From the human T2T-CHM13v2.0 reference genome, Homo sapiens, in the NCBI RefSeq assembly GCF_009914755.1, contig NC_060926.1: a stretch of DNA of 64,000 bases. The stretch is one strand, 5' to 3'. The stretch's first letter is position 1, and every line of letters starts with the position of its first letter. The notes below the pieces were generated by a model. The model ran no database searches. It saw nothing but the letters and a program-made list of their open reading frames with translations, and was not told the origin of the DNA. Positions 47,410 to 60,915 of this stretch are shown piece by piece. The position numbers and the translations under genes are program-made.

Positions 47410-47630
47410 AAGTTAAGGGAGGCAGAAAGAATTGCCAAATGTTTGAGGCCTACAGTGTACCAGACACCATGGTAGGGGCTTGACATAAGATATCCCATTT
47501 CATCTAAAGGAATCTTCATCAGACATGCAAAGAATGTATTATTATCATCATTTTGCCGAAGAGGACACTTATCTTTAATCAGATATCAAGTAATCGACTG
47601 AAATGGGATTCAAACCGAATGCTTTTAACA
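47410..47630 (-). mobile_element. MIR
   Basis: gaggcctacagtgtaccagacaccat...tattattatcatcattttgccgaagaggacac. Confidence 0.65.
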
Positions 47631-48088
47631 CCATCTTATCTCCCTGCAAGATAAGAAAATATAAGAAACTTTGTGAAAAAAAATGAATGAGTGCTAAAGT
47701 GCTTGCTATACTAGTTAAGCAACTACAATAAGATGGATTAATTTAAGACAATTTAAATGCACACAAAGCAGATAGTTGTTTAGTATATTGTGTGGTAGAT
47801 CACGAAGGATGAGAGGATGAAGGCAGGAGGCTGTTAAAACATTTTAGCATAACACCTACAGAGCTTGAGCCAGTCTTCCAGGGGCAAATATATAAAAATG
47901 TTGCAAAATACAAAATATTTAATAACAGCATAGAGAATGAGATTCAGCTGTAGAGAGATCATTTGAATCTACTCCCAGCATTTAAGCTAGACTGCTGGTG
48001 TACTAACAGCACTGATTCTGTTAGCAACAAGTAGTGGTAGACAACTAGAAATATGTCAGTTTAAAACTTGTGAAGTTGGTTGTTACAA

Positions 48089-48167
48089 ATCTCCATTCTG
48101 TGTATCTCCATTCTGAATACTAGATACACATCTCCATGTGTATCTCCATTCTGAATACTAGGTACAA
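48089..48167 (+). repeat. Imperfect ~40-bp tandem duplication with an internal inverted repeat
   Basis: tgtgtatctccattctgaatactag occurs twice; agatacaca between the copies is the reverse complement of tgtgtatct. Confidence 0.8.
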
Positions 48168-49808
48168 CGATTTTGTCTCTTGGAAAATTTCCTTGCCCAC
48201 TGAGTAAAGTTAATAGAATCCTTATTTTAAAAAAAAAATTCAGGAGAAATTTTTGGTCTTAGAGTATCTTTCCATTTGAAAAAAAAAAAATGAATCTACT
48301 TAAGGAATATAGTATCCTATTCAAGTTAGCACAGATCATAGAAAAATTTCTTCAATGAGTTTCATTTTTCTTTTTTCCTGTTGCTAGAAATAATCCTGCA
48401 TAATATTTTTATTATTTTGAATAGTGTGTTATAAATTGAGAGCTGAAATCCCTCAGTCTACTAGGTTAGCATCGCCTCATCCCTTAAACACTTCTAAGTC
48501 CTACAGTTGTTCAAACACTGGTAAACCTGGCAGTGCATAGGGCTATTCAAAGCATAGGATTAAGATTTGGGACACCTAACGTCTTGGCTCAGAACACAAA
48601 TTAAAATACACAAACCTGCCTAGTAATCTCTGGCTTTATATTCCCCATTTACATGACTTGATGTCTACCTCAAATTTTGATTTGCTTTCCTCCACTGGAA
48701 AAGACACCCTACATCTCTCGCCTGGGCCCTGGCAAGTGTACAGCCCTTTCATTTTCTTAGCGGGCTTAGTTCTGCATCTCTACCCACAGGCAGCAGTTAG
48801 ACTGGGCTTTAACATGAACTAACTACCTGGAATCCAGATACCGCTAGCTTCTGATTATCACCATGTTTGCTGAGCTTCCATGGTCAGTGTGACTTAGAAA
48901 GATGGCCCACCTCTTTGAAAAGAAACAACTTTCACAGATGTAAATAATTCCCCACCAAAAAATTAAAGGGAAAATAAATACTATTGCCTAAATTGAACAA
49001 AAAGGAGGAATTGACATGTTGAAGTTTGGTTATCATAGTACATAATCTCACCAATATAAACATATAAAACATTTATTTTGATGATAATTTTTAAAAATTA
49101 ATTAATTCATATTGTTTGCTAAGGTTAATAGAATTCTTAACTGTTGTACTTTGGACATTTGAGTTTGAATGTAACATTTGGCCAGATGAAGGCTGCTGAC
49201 TTGCATAAGTTGAAACAGTTTTCCATTGAAAAAAACTGGAAAGTAACTGTAAAGCAACCTGCTATATATTTATGAGATTAAAGCCATGTAGGATAGGGAG
49301 AAAAGAATGAAAATAATGAATCTAAGCTTTTCTCCTCCAATAAAAGACCTATAAAATAGAGAATTTTTTTTTTCCTTTTTGAAAATACAATCTAGTGCCT
49401 TGAGTGGTTTCTTTCTCAACAACTATTTGATTCTATGAATGACATTCACTTTGAGTGTGGACAGTTGTGCCTTTGGGACAGAAGCAGTTGTTTCTACCTT
49501 TGTCATTTTGTACAACAGCTATAGTGGGAGAACTATTTTCTCCCAAAATTACCACTAAAGAGACCTAGAAAATAAAACAATGTCATTTTGTATGTTTACA
49601 AAAGACAAAGCAGTCTTTCCACTATAAACCAAGTAGAGGAAAAAAGCAATTGAACTAATGGTATCTTTATCACCGCGACTATACCACAAGTCATTAAAAA
49701 TAGAGGCATGTAAAATATTTAAGGATGCAGTTAAAATAATGGACATCAAATTTTTTTAAAGGATTCAAAAAAACAGAAAAGTTTTTTGCAAACTAGCTAA
49801 AAATGTTA

Positions 49809-50184
<376 letters not shown>

Positions 50185-50414
50185 TTATCGCTTTCCTTTT
50201 TGAGAAGAGACCTTGTAAAGAGAACAGTATGTGCCTCGTATAACCAGTACATACTGGAAGAGACAGATTATGCATTAAATTCTGACTAAGTAACTTTTTC
50301 TGCTAGCTATAATAATAAATCACCATTGTTACAACTAACTCATAATTCTCATGAGCCAAGATGATAAACTTCCCCAGCTATAGATAAAAATTCTAAATCA
50401 TATAACTTGAGTGA

Positions 50415-50782
<368 letters not shown>

Positions 50783-52106
50783 CAGTTAAGTATACTTTAA
50801 ATATAAATATATATCCACTGTTGGTATTCCTTTCTTTTTCTAGCCCTAGGGTTTGTAGATAGATTTTGTGAGTACTAAATGAGTACAACCAATAATAACC
50901 TAATTCAATATATGGCAATGAAATATATCTATAAGCAATAAATTAGTCCAGTGCACTGCTGCCAATATGTACTGCCTCAAACTTTTATTAAACACAAAAT
51001 CTGATAATGTTGCCTTTGTTAAACGACCTAAAATAGTGTTATCTTTATTAGTTATTAATATTTTACCAAATATTAAAAACCTTTTACGAATGCCTTCATG
51101 TTAGAATTCTAATGTACACATTAGAATTTATTTTAAATTGTCACAGTTATTTTTACTATATATATATCAGCATTCCAAATTCCTTGAGATATTCCAAATT
51201 TAATCTTTTTAATCATGAAATTTGTTTACCTAAGTACCTGAAAAAATTAAGACAGAATAAAAGCAGATTATTCTGTTAGCCAATTAACCAGATTTGCAAC
51301 ATGATTGCAAAATATTTATTAAAAATTTGTTTAGAATGTTGACCTTCCTATAATAAAAATAGATAGTTCTAAATATTTTTATAGCTTTCTTTCATATTTT
51401 TAGTAAAAGAATTTATTGTAAATTTTCTAAACACATTTTTCCTACTGCATTTCTAATTCAACAGGGATAAAATATCAATTTGCAGACAATTTTTAGAAGT
51501 TCAACTATTGAATAATGTATCATAAAGATGTATTTTTTTCATGTCATGCTCACGAAATCAGTATGAGAAATTATGCTCCCTCTCTGCACAAGAGAAAATG
51601 GAAAGCCAATGAGGTCATGCCTTTGCTTCATCATTTAGATACAAAACAGATGCAATGTCTGTGTTTCCTAGTTTACTGATATTTTCACTTCAAATTAGCT
51701 CATATTCACAGTTTCATACCTGAAATAATGATAGTATATGGAAAAAAGTTTAAATGAAAATGACCTTTAATACTGTTATTATACTTATGATCACCATCAT
51801 CAAATAAATGCTTTATCATTTTTATAAGGGCACGTGACTATTTTACAAACTGGTAAATATTTTTGCAGAAAGAAAAATATTTTAAACTTAAAAATAAAGT
51901 GCTTTATTTAAAGTTTTTGTCTGTCTCTAGGTGATTTTTAGTAACAAGCTTAAAGTTTAGAACAAAACCTCAGATAACATTAAACACTGTAAAAAAAAGT
52001 CTTGATATATGAATCAACTAGAAAGGCCTGTATTTGTGTAGCAGGCAAAAAAAAGTCAAATTAAAGTCAATTTTGAGGAGGTGTATGAAGAAAAATATTT
52101 GTAAGG

Positions 52107-54459
52107 TGTATTAGTCCACTCTCACACTGCATTAAGGACATACCTGAGACTAGGTAATTTATAAAGGAAAGAGGTTTAATTGACTCACAGTTCAGCATGG
52201 CTAGGGAGGCTTCAGGAAAATTATGATCATGGTGGAAGGGGAAGCAAACACGTCCTTCTTCACATGGTGGCAGGAGAAAGAGGTATGAGAGCGAAGTAAA
52301 GGGTGAAGCCCCTTATAAAACCATCAGATCTCATGAGAACTTACTCACTATCACAAGAATAGCATGGGAGAAACTGCCCCTGTGAGTCAATTACCTCTCA
52401 CTAGGTCCCTCCCACCACACATGGGTATTACAGGAACTACAATTCAAGATGAGATTTGGGTGGGGACACAGCCAAATCATATCATTCTGCCCCGGCCCCT
52501 CCCAAATCTCATGTCTTCACATTTCAAAACACAATCATGCCTTTCCAACAGTCTCCAAAAGTCTTAGTTCATTCCATCATTAACCCAAAAGTCCAAGTCC
52601 AAAGTCTCATCTGAGTCAAGGCAAGTCCCTTCCACCTATGAGCCTGTAAAATCAAAGCAAGTTAGTTACTTCCTAGATACAATGAAGGTACAAGCATTGG
52701 GTAAATAAACCCATTTCAAATGGGATAAATTTGCCAAAACAAAGAGGCTATAGGCCCCATTCAAGTGAAATCCAAAAGGGCAGTCCTTAAACCTTAAAGT
52801 TCCAAAATAATGTCTTCTGACTCCATGTCTCATCAGCATCATATCCAGGTCATGCTGACGCAACAGATGGGACTTATGGCCTTGGGAAGCTCTGCCCCTG
52901 TGACTTTGCAGGGTACATCCCCCCTCCAGGCTGCTTTCACGGGCCAGTGTTGAGTGTCTGTGGCTTTTCCACACACATGGGTGCAAGCTGTAGGTGGATC
53001 TACCATTCTGGAGTCTGGAGGACTGTGGCCCTCTTCTCACAGCTCCACTAAGCAGTGCCCCATTGGGGACTCTGTGTGGGGGCTCTGACCCCACATTTCC
53101 CTTCTGCCCTGCCCTAGCAGAGGTTTTTTCATGAAGACTCCACCCCTACAGCAAGCTTCTGCCTGGACATCCAGGTGTTTCCACACACCCTCTGAAATCC
53201 AGATGGAGGTCCCCAAACCTCAATTATTGACTTCTGTGCACCTGCATGCTCAACACCACGTGGAAGTTGCCAAGGCTTAGGGCTTCAACCCTCTGAAGCC
53301 AGCCTGAGTTATATCTTGTCCCCTTTTAGCCACAGCTGGAGCAGCTGGGATGCAGGGCACCATATCCCTAGGCTGCACACAGCAGGGAGGTCCTGGGCAT
53401 AGCCCACAAAACCATTTTTTCCTCCTAGGCCTGAGCCTATTATTAGAGGGTCTCCCACAAGCTCTCTGGAATGCCCTGGAGACATTCTCCTCATTGGCTT
53501 GGTAATTAACATTCGGCTCCTCATTACTTATGCAAATTTATGCAGCTGGCTCAAATTTGTCCACGCAAAATTGGTTTTTCTTTTCTATTTGCATCATCAG
53601 GCTGCAAAGTTTCCAAACTTTTATGCTCTGCTTTCTCTTGACTGCTTTGCACTTAGAAATTTCTTCCAGCAGATACCCTAAATCATCTCTCTCAAGTTCA
53701 AAGTTCCACAGATCTCTAAGGCAGGGGCAAAATGCCGCCAGTCTCTTTGCTGAAGCATAACAAGTGTCACCTTTGCTCCAGTTCCCAACAAGTTCCTCAT
53801 CTCCATCTGAGACCACGTCAGCCTAGACTTCATTGTCCATATCATTATGAGTGTTGTGGTCACAGCCATTCAGTAAGTCTCTAGGAAGTTCCAAACTTTC
53901 CCACATCTTCCTGTCTTCTGAGCTCTCCAAGTCTCCAGGAAGTTCCAAACTTTCCCACATTTTCCCTTCTTCTTCTGAACCCTCCAAACTGTTCCAACCT
54001 CTCCCTGTTACCCAGTTTCAAAGTCACTTCCACATTTTCGGGTATCCTTATAGCAGCACCCCACCACACCAGTACAAATTTACTGTATTAGTCCATTCTC
54101 ATGCTGCTATAAGGTCATATCCAAGACTAAGTAATTTATAAAGGAAAGAGGTTTAATTGGCTCACAGTTCTGCATGCCTGGGGAGGCCTCAAGAAACTTA
54201 CTCTCATGGTGGGAAGGGAAGCAAACATGTCTTTCTTCACATGGTGGCAGGAGAATGAAGAAAGAGAGCCAAGTAAAGGGTGAAGCCCCTTATAAAACCA
54301 TCAGATCTCATGAGAACTTACTCACTATCACAAGAATAGCATGGGGGAAACTGCCCCCATGATTTATTACCTCCCACTAGGTCCCTCCCATCATACATGG
54401 GGATTATGGGATTACAATTCAAAATGAGATTTGGGTGGGGACACAGCCAAACCATATCA
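52107..54459 (-). mobile_element. Complete THE1C/D MaLR provirus: LTR 52107-52484, internal region 52485-54083, LTR 54084-54459
   Basis: Two matching TG...CA LTRs; internal ORF remnants (DGDEELVGNWSKGDTCYASAKRLAAFCPCLRDLWNFELERDDLG); 5-bp TSD taagg/caagg. Confidence 0.93.
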
Positions 54460-56179
54460 CAAGGGTAAGGAGGTATGCATCTGTGTACAGACTGTTTGAA
54501 TATTAGATAACAGGGAGTAATGGGCCATATAAAGAAAAATGAATGTACATCCCACTTAAAGCCATTAAAGCACAAAAATTCAAAATCCCATGCTAGTAAA
54601 GGGGTGCTCAAACTAAACAATCCAGAGGCTCTCTTTAAGTGGTAGCTGCCAGTTTGCAATGCTTGCTTAGGTGAAATTCAGCAAACACAAGATACCTTAT
54701 ATTATTTATTTTTTGTTTTGAGAGTCACTGAACTGGCCTCTCCTATTCTCCAAATGCCAGTTGGGTACCAGTTACTCTGGGAAAAGAGTGTAAAGATCTA
54801 TTTTTTTTTTTTTTTGGTTTGATGAAGGCTGCTACCCCTAATACCCCCTTGAAATATAGTACTCGTCTCAGGAGAGGAAGGAGAAAATTTGCCTATCAAC
54901 AGACATAGCTACTGGAAAGAAAGGGACATCAATCTAACTCAGTCCCTGCACTCAGGATTTGAGATGGTCAGACTGGGGGTCATTGATAGAAAAGGACATG
55001 AGACACTGCAAAGAGGATCTTGCCATGATATAGAGGAACATCTTAAAGCCGGGGCTGAGAAGTTCATGGACAATGCCTGAGACTGGAAACCCCTTCAAGC
55101 CTCTTTGCCTCATCATTTAGGTATAAAACAAGTGTTCTATACATAAATGTGACTTTCAAATGCTGTAATCTGGATGCCAAGTATGACAACCACTCTAGTA
55201 GAGGAATGTGATCTAGCAAAGATTTTAAAACTAAACAGAAAACAGTAGTCCTTGCCATATGGAAAGGAACAAATTGTAATAGCAACACTCTGGTGGAAGC
55301 AGAGGCAAGGGCAATCCTAAACCAAGAAACTACAGCAAACCAATCAGAATGTCCCACTATTCATCACCTGATCTTTAGAAGAAGCTTCAACAACCTTGGA
55401 CCTGAGTACGTCTGGGGAATCTTGGATAACCGAAACTCAGAGAGGGATTCTGAACTTCTGTCTTGTATGGCTAATGGGGATAGTGTAGAGGTCAAGTAAC
55501 TAACTAAAGAAATGGAAAAGATACCATCATTTTTATAGTTCCGTCTGGAGCAGTAGGTCTTTCTGGCTATATCCAATTCATCAAGCAAAAATTTGCAAAT
55601 ATAATTGTTTATGTTGAAAGTTCAAAGTTGAATTCTTATTTAGAGCGCATAGTAATTAGTGCCCTTTCTTTCAGTACAGTTATGTAAAAACTATCCATGT
55701 TCAAAAAAGTGTAGACATATACCTTTAGAGTACTTTAGCTATATTTAATAAATAAAGCCTAGTAATGAAGATATGACTTTCATTTGCATCACACTTATCA
55801 CTCTACTCATGCTATTTCATTTTACCATCACTGCACTTCTGTGAATTAAGTCAACTTACAGTTTGGTTATTCCAGATTCAGAGGTTAGATAATGTTTGAA
55901 AAGTTAGACCAAGTGCCCAGGTCTTTTGGACCAAGTCACTGTCCGTAAATATACAAAGAACCTCAATAAATAGCCAAATGTCCCTTAAAGGACATTAGGA
56001 TTAAGGATGTAAAGAGGATTCATATTTCTCTCCCTGCCCACACTGGCCACCGTCCATTTCAATTACCTGCCTCTTTGAATTTTTGGAGCAGAAAGGAAAA
56101 AGGAGAATGAGAAAGGTGGAAATGCTACTTGTCAAAATAGAAGCCAAAAATTATTTTCCCTCTGATTCTTCTACCGTAC

Positions 56180-56363
56180 CTTTTCTAGAATGTGGTCAAA
56201 GAGCTGCCTGCATCCATCACATTGGGGCTTGTTACCATAGAAGTGCCCTGGGCTCCCCTCCAGAACCTGCAACTTGAATCTCTATAACGTGAAGTATGGG
56301 GATCTTCATTTGTAGCAGCCTTGTCCAAAAATTAATCTGCACACTAACGCATAAGAACCACTG
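56180..56363. mobile_element. MER5-like hAT-Charlie MITE
   Basis: ctgggctcccctccagaacctgcaacttgaatctct...ctgcacactaacgcataagaaccactg. Confidence 0.6.
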
Positions 56364-56999
56364 CATACTCTCTGCAGGGACTGCCTTAAATATTAGGTTA
56401 AAATCCTAGTGTTAAAGTTGTTTGATTAACAACATTGGCAATATCACACAATTTGTTTATAAAATCCTAATGAATAGGTCTGTGTTCAAGTTATTATGAT
56501 CGTATGGAATATTGCCCTTTGCATGTTTCCATCCCCTACAGAAACTACAGAAATGGATCTGCTCGTGACTCGGCCTTTAAAATAAATTACTATATTGTTT
56601 TTAAACGTCTCCCTCCTGTCAGCTATTAACGTATGTTATGACCTGAAGAAAATATGTAAAACATCAAAAGAAAAGTCAGCATTGAAATTGGAATTTCGTA
56701 ATTAAATGATATGTAAAATTTGAATATTATTTGTTCAGTCTTATTCTTCCAGAACCTCAGTTACTTTCTTTTATTAATTCAGACAGTTACCACAGTACTA
56801 GTCAGCTATTACTCAGTTCTGATCAAATTCTAATAAAAACTTGGATTAAACAGAATTGGAAGACTTCAGTTTCTGCTTTCGAAAAAAAAAGGGAAATTTC
56901 TGCTTTAGAAAAAAACAATGCATGGGGAGAAAAAGAAAAGTATTTGGAAATAATGTATAATATATTACTAAATATAAATGAATATACATAAAAGTCAAT

Positions 57000-58110
57000 T
57001 CTTTTTCTATTATAAAAGACCAATTTTCCTAATATCATTTACTTACTAATACTTTCTTCAACAGAATTCTAATGATTATGCTACTATGTTCTAAATTCTC
57101 ATAGGTGTTTGGCATTAGTTCTATACCACACTGTTTCAATTATTAGAGCTTTATATTATCATAAACGATACACTAGAAGAAGGCCCCTCCTGTTCTACTT
57201 TTTCGGAATCGTTTTAGACAACATTTTTGGACCATGACTCCCTGATATAGATTTCAGAATCAGTTTCTTCTGGTTTCATGTAAAATGCTACTGGGAATTT
57301 TATTTAAATTGCATTACATCTATGGGTCAATAAAGTAGAAATTTGGCACATCTCTAGTTTTAGTTTTTTCACCCATAACCATGGCAGGTCATCTCATTTA
57401 TTACGTGCTTTAATAATATTTTATAGTTTCTTTCATAGTGTTGTTTTACATCTTTTTTGACATTTATTTCTGTAGATTTATATTTTTGAGGAGTATTTGT
57501 TTTCTATAAGATTTTATATTTGGTTATTACTAATGCATAAAATTGTTTTTATGTGTTTTTTTTTGTATTTAGGAATTCTTTTATACTCTCTTTCGTGACT
57601 GCAGATTTTTAGTCTTAATGTATGTCCTATCACTTACAAATCAAAATCACTTTGCCTCCTCTTTCCTTTTCATTATGCTATTTTTAAAATTTTTCTGGTT
57701 TTAATGCACTTGCCAGATTCTTCAGTAAAATATTAAATAATAATTCTGACAGTATATGTTCTTGTCTTGACTTCAGTCAGAATGCTTCTAAATGTTTTCC
57801 CACTAAATATTTGCAAGAGATTTTTGTAGTTTTCCTTTAAATAAAGATAGTTCACTTCTCTTCCTCACTTGCAGAGAGTTTATATATAATAAGCATCAAA
57901 TTATGTCAGTTGCTTCTTTGAAAACTATTGCTCTCTTTAACTAAATGCTTTTTTAACCTTTTAATTTGTTAATATGGTATACTGCTCTAATAGTTTTTCT
58001 GATATTAACTCATCTCTATACTCCTAAAATAAAGCCTCTTGGATATGCATTATTGTTTAATCCTGATGGATTTTATATGGTAGCAATTTATTTAAGATTT
58101 TTCACAACAA
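57000..58110 (-). mobile_element. Old L1M ORF2 fragment
   Basis: tgctactgggaattttatttaaattgcatt...; T-rich antisense L1. Confidence 0.6.
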
Positions 58111-58119
58111 TAGCCATAT

Positions 58120-58720
58120 CGTTGTAGCCTTCTTATTGGTTTTCTCACTCTTGTCTTCCCTGCAGTGTATTCGACACACAGCTGCCTGATGGATCCTTCT
58201 ATATCAAATCATGTAACACACTAAAAACTGAAGTTCCCAGCAGAGCTCATAAGCCACCCTCTACAACCTCAAGAGATGAATGCATTTCTTCTTCTTACTC
58301 CTTTCCTTGCTATTTCTTAAACTGATCAAGAACACCTTTGCCTCGGCACATTTGCCCTTGCTGTTCTCTCTGCCTGGTATGCTTTCCCCCAGATATCTGC
58401 ATGTCTCATGCTCTAATGTCTTTAGGGATCTGCTCAAATATTACCACATGAATGAAACCATTCCTAGTCAATTTCTTGAAATAGCACCCCCTCCTCTATT
58501 CCTCTCCTATTCAACTCGCTTTATTTTTCTTCATAGCACTTCTCATTACATGACCTAATTTTTAGTTACAGTTACACATTTATTTGTGATTGATGCTCAG
58601 GCAGCTAAAATGTGACTTTCAGGAGGGCAAGTATTTTATGGTTTTTTTTTTTTTCAATGTGTGTATCCCCATCCATAGAACATTCCTGAACCATGGTAGG
58701 TACTCAAGAAAATTGGAGAT
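58120..58720 (+). mobile_element. L2 3' fragment
   Basis: ttgcccttgctgttctctctgcctggtatgctttccccag...catggtaggtactcaagaaa. Confidence 0.7.
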
Positions 58721-60274
58721 AGCATTATGTTAGGTAACTGTCTGCCTGTTGTTCATTCACCTATTTGGTAAATATTTCCCACCTACAGTATGCATAGTCC
58801 TTTTCTAGACCTCACAGCGCTTATCAGGGTTCAAGCTCCTGAAAGGGAATTTGTGTCTACTCTTGTGGCCAGAAGGCAACTGCTTAGTCATATCCCATAT
58901 CAAGGTTTAACATGCATCTCAGCACCATATTCAGTCAAGCCAGTCCCTTCCTGAATCCTGGCTCTGCACTAGTGTTTCAACTCTAGCTTTTGACTATAAG
59001 GATCCTTCAAAGTGGATTCCTTTTCCACTCAAAGATATCAATAATGCTCCTCCAACTGCTGTCTCGTGCCCCACTCCCAACCTATATTTTGTTTTGCTAA
59101 CGCCAGCCATTTAGCTTCAGCTCCTGCTCACTTTGACTTTATGTTTCCTCTTCACTTTGGATCATGAGCATTTCTCTCTTGGATTCATAGGCATTTGTTA
59201 GCTTTCAGCCATCATGTCTATATATTGGTAACAAGAGACACCACCTTCTGCACTGGCTAAAATTTTATCATGGGAACTGAAATTTTTTTAGTTGTTAAAA
59301 AGCTGTGCTTATAACTCTGGATATTACAGGTGGTGAATAATTGTGTAGATCCATCTCTATGGCAATGTGCCCTTAGCAGTCTGGTGAAAAATATAAATCC
59401 TAGTTCTTTCTATATTGATTTTTCACCTCATTGTCCTTACAAATATGCTTTTAAAAGTTTTATTTCTAAATCTTCCATAACTATTTCATGACTGTTTTGT
59501 GAATCATTTGTGTTTCATAGCCCTATGTGTAAATTATTATTCCAGAGACTCCAAATAATGTCATATTCAGTGTATCACACTGGAGTGGTAGGAATGGGTT
59601 ACATTACTGCATCTCAAGGTGCCAATAAAATATGCTTGAAAAAGCTCTCACTAAAGATAACTTAGTATAGAACCTCTTAATATGAGCAAAGATAAAAATA
59701 CTCAGAGGAGTTTAAAATGCACAGGAGAGCCCCAGATCAGAGAAAGAATGCATTTATAATTGGATGGCTTTTACAAAGCTCAATAGAAATTGGATAGAAG
59801 GATTGTCTTCCTGCCTTTCCCATGCCAGTCCTGTAATGCCACTATAAGAAATCCTTTCCTAAGGAGCCTAGATTTCCCAATTTCATTAAACAGTTGGCTG
59901 AATGTATTCAACATTTGTTAGATTAATTTAGCCATCTTTCTTTGAAAGGAAATGCTCTCCCCAGGGCTTTTTTGTCTTCTTTTTCTTTCTTTTTTAGTTT
60001 TAGTTTTTAGCAGGTTTTTTAAATGCCTTTATACCAACACTACTAAATTATGAGAGCGAGATGTCCAGGCATTGTTTTTCCAAACAGCACACTAATTGCT
60101 TTGGAAACAATGATAACGCTAGCATGTTTTGAGTTAACATCACTCACATGGCTTACGTCTGCATAATGCAAAAGTAATAGGTTAACTAAACAAGTCCCTC
60201 CCTAAAACTGAGTCATTTCAATAAACCAACTAGTTGAAATTATCATTGCTATCTTATAGAGGCAAAAGAACTAG

Positions 60275-60615
<341 letters not shown>

Positions 60616-60915
60616 CTGTCTATATTATTTGTAATCATCTTTATGAAAGCCACTTTAGAGTATGTTCTTAGTGTAACATATAAAACTATAATCAAGGTAC
60701 ATATCATTCCTTTATAATATATAAAAGTCATTTAGTAATTCAGAGCAAAAAGAAAGAATCTGGGCATTCTCTTTCGAAGTCTGGTAATAAGTAAAATCAA
60801 ATACTAGTTAAGAACTCAAACTCCAGAGTCAGGTTGCCTTGTTCAATCCACTTACTAGCTGTGTGACCTTCAGAAAATTACTTCCTCTGTAAAAAGTTAC
60901 CTCCTCTGTAAAAAG

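Noticed and set aside
48001-48009. TACTAACAG, a perfect branch-point motif plus AG suggesting an exon at 48010
   Set aside because: The branch point abuts the AG with no polypyrimidine tract, and there is no convincing donor downstream
42909-48167. Short direct repeats as a CRISPR-like array
   Set aside because: Only two adjacent copies each, no spacers, eukaryotic context
49669-49677. TATCACCGC resembling a phage lambda operator half-site
   Set aside because: A 9-bp chance match in human DNA with no other phage or vector sequence
53877-53990. ~54-bp tandem duplication in the THE1 internal region
   Set aside because: I recall this duplication as common in THE1 internal sequences, so it is probably a subfamily feature and not locus-specific
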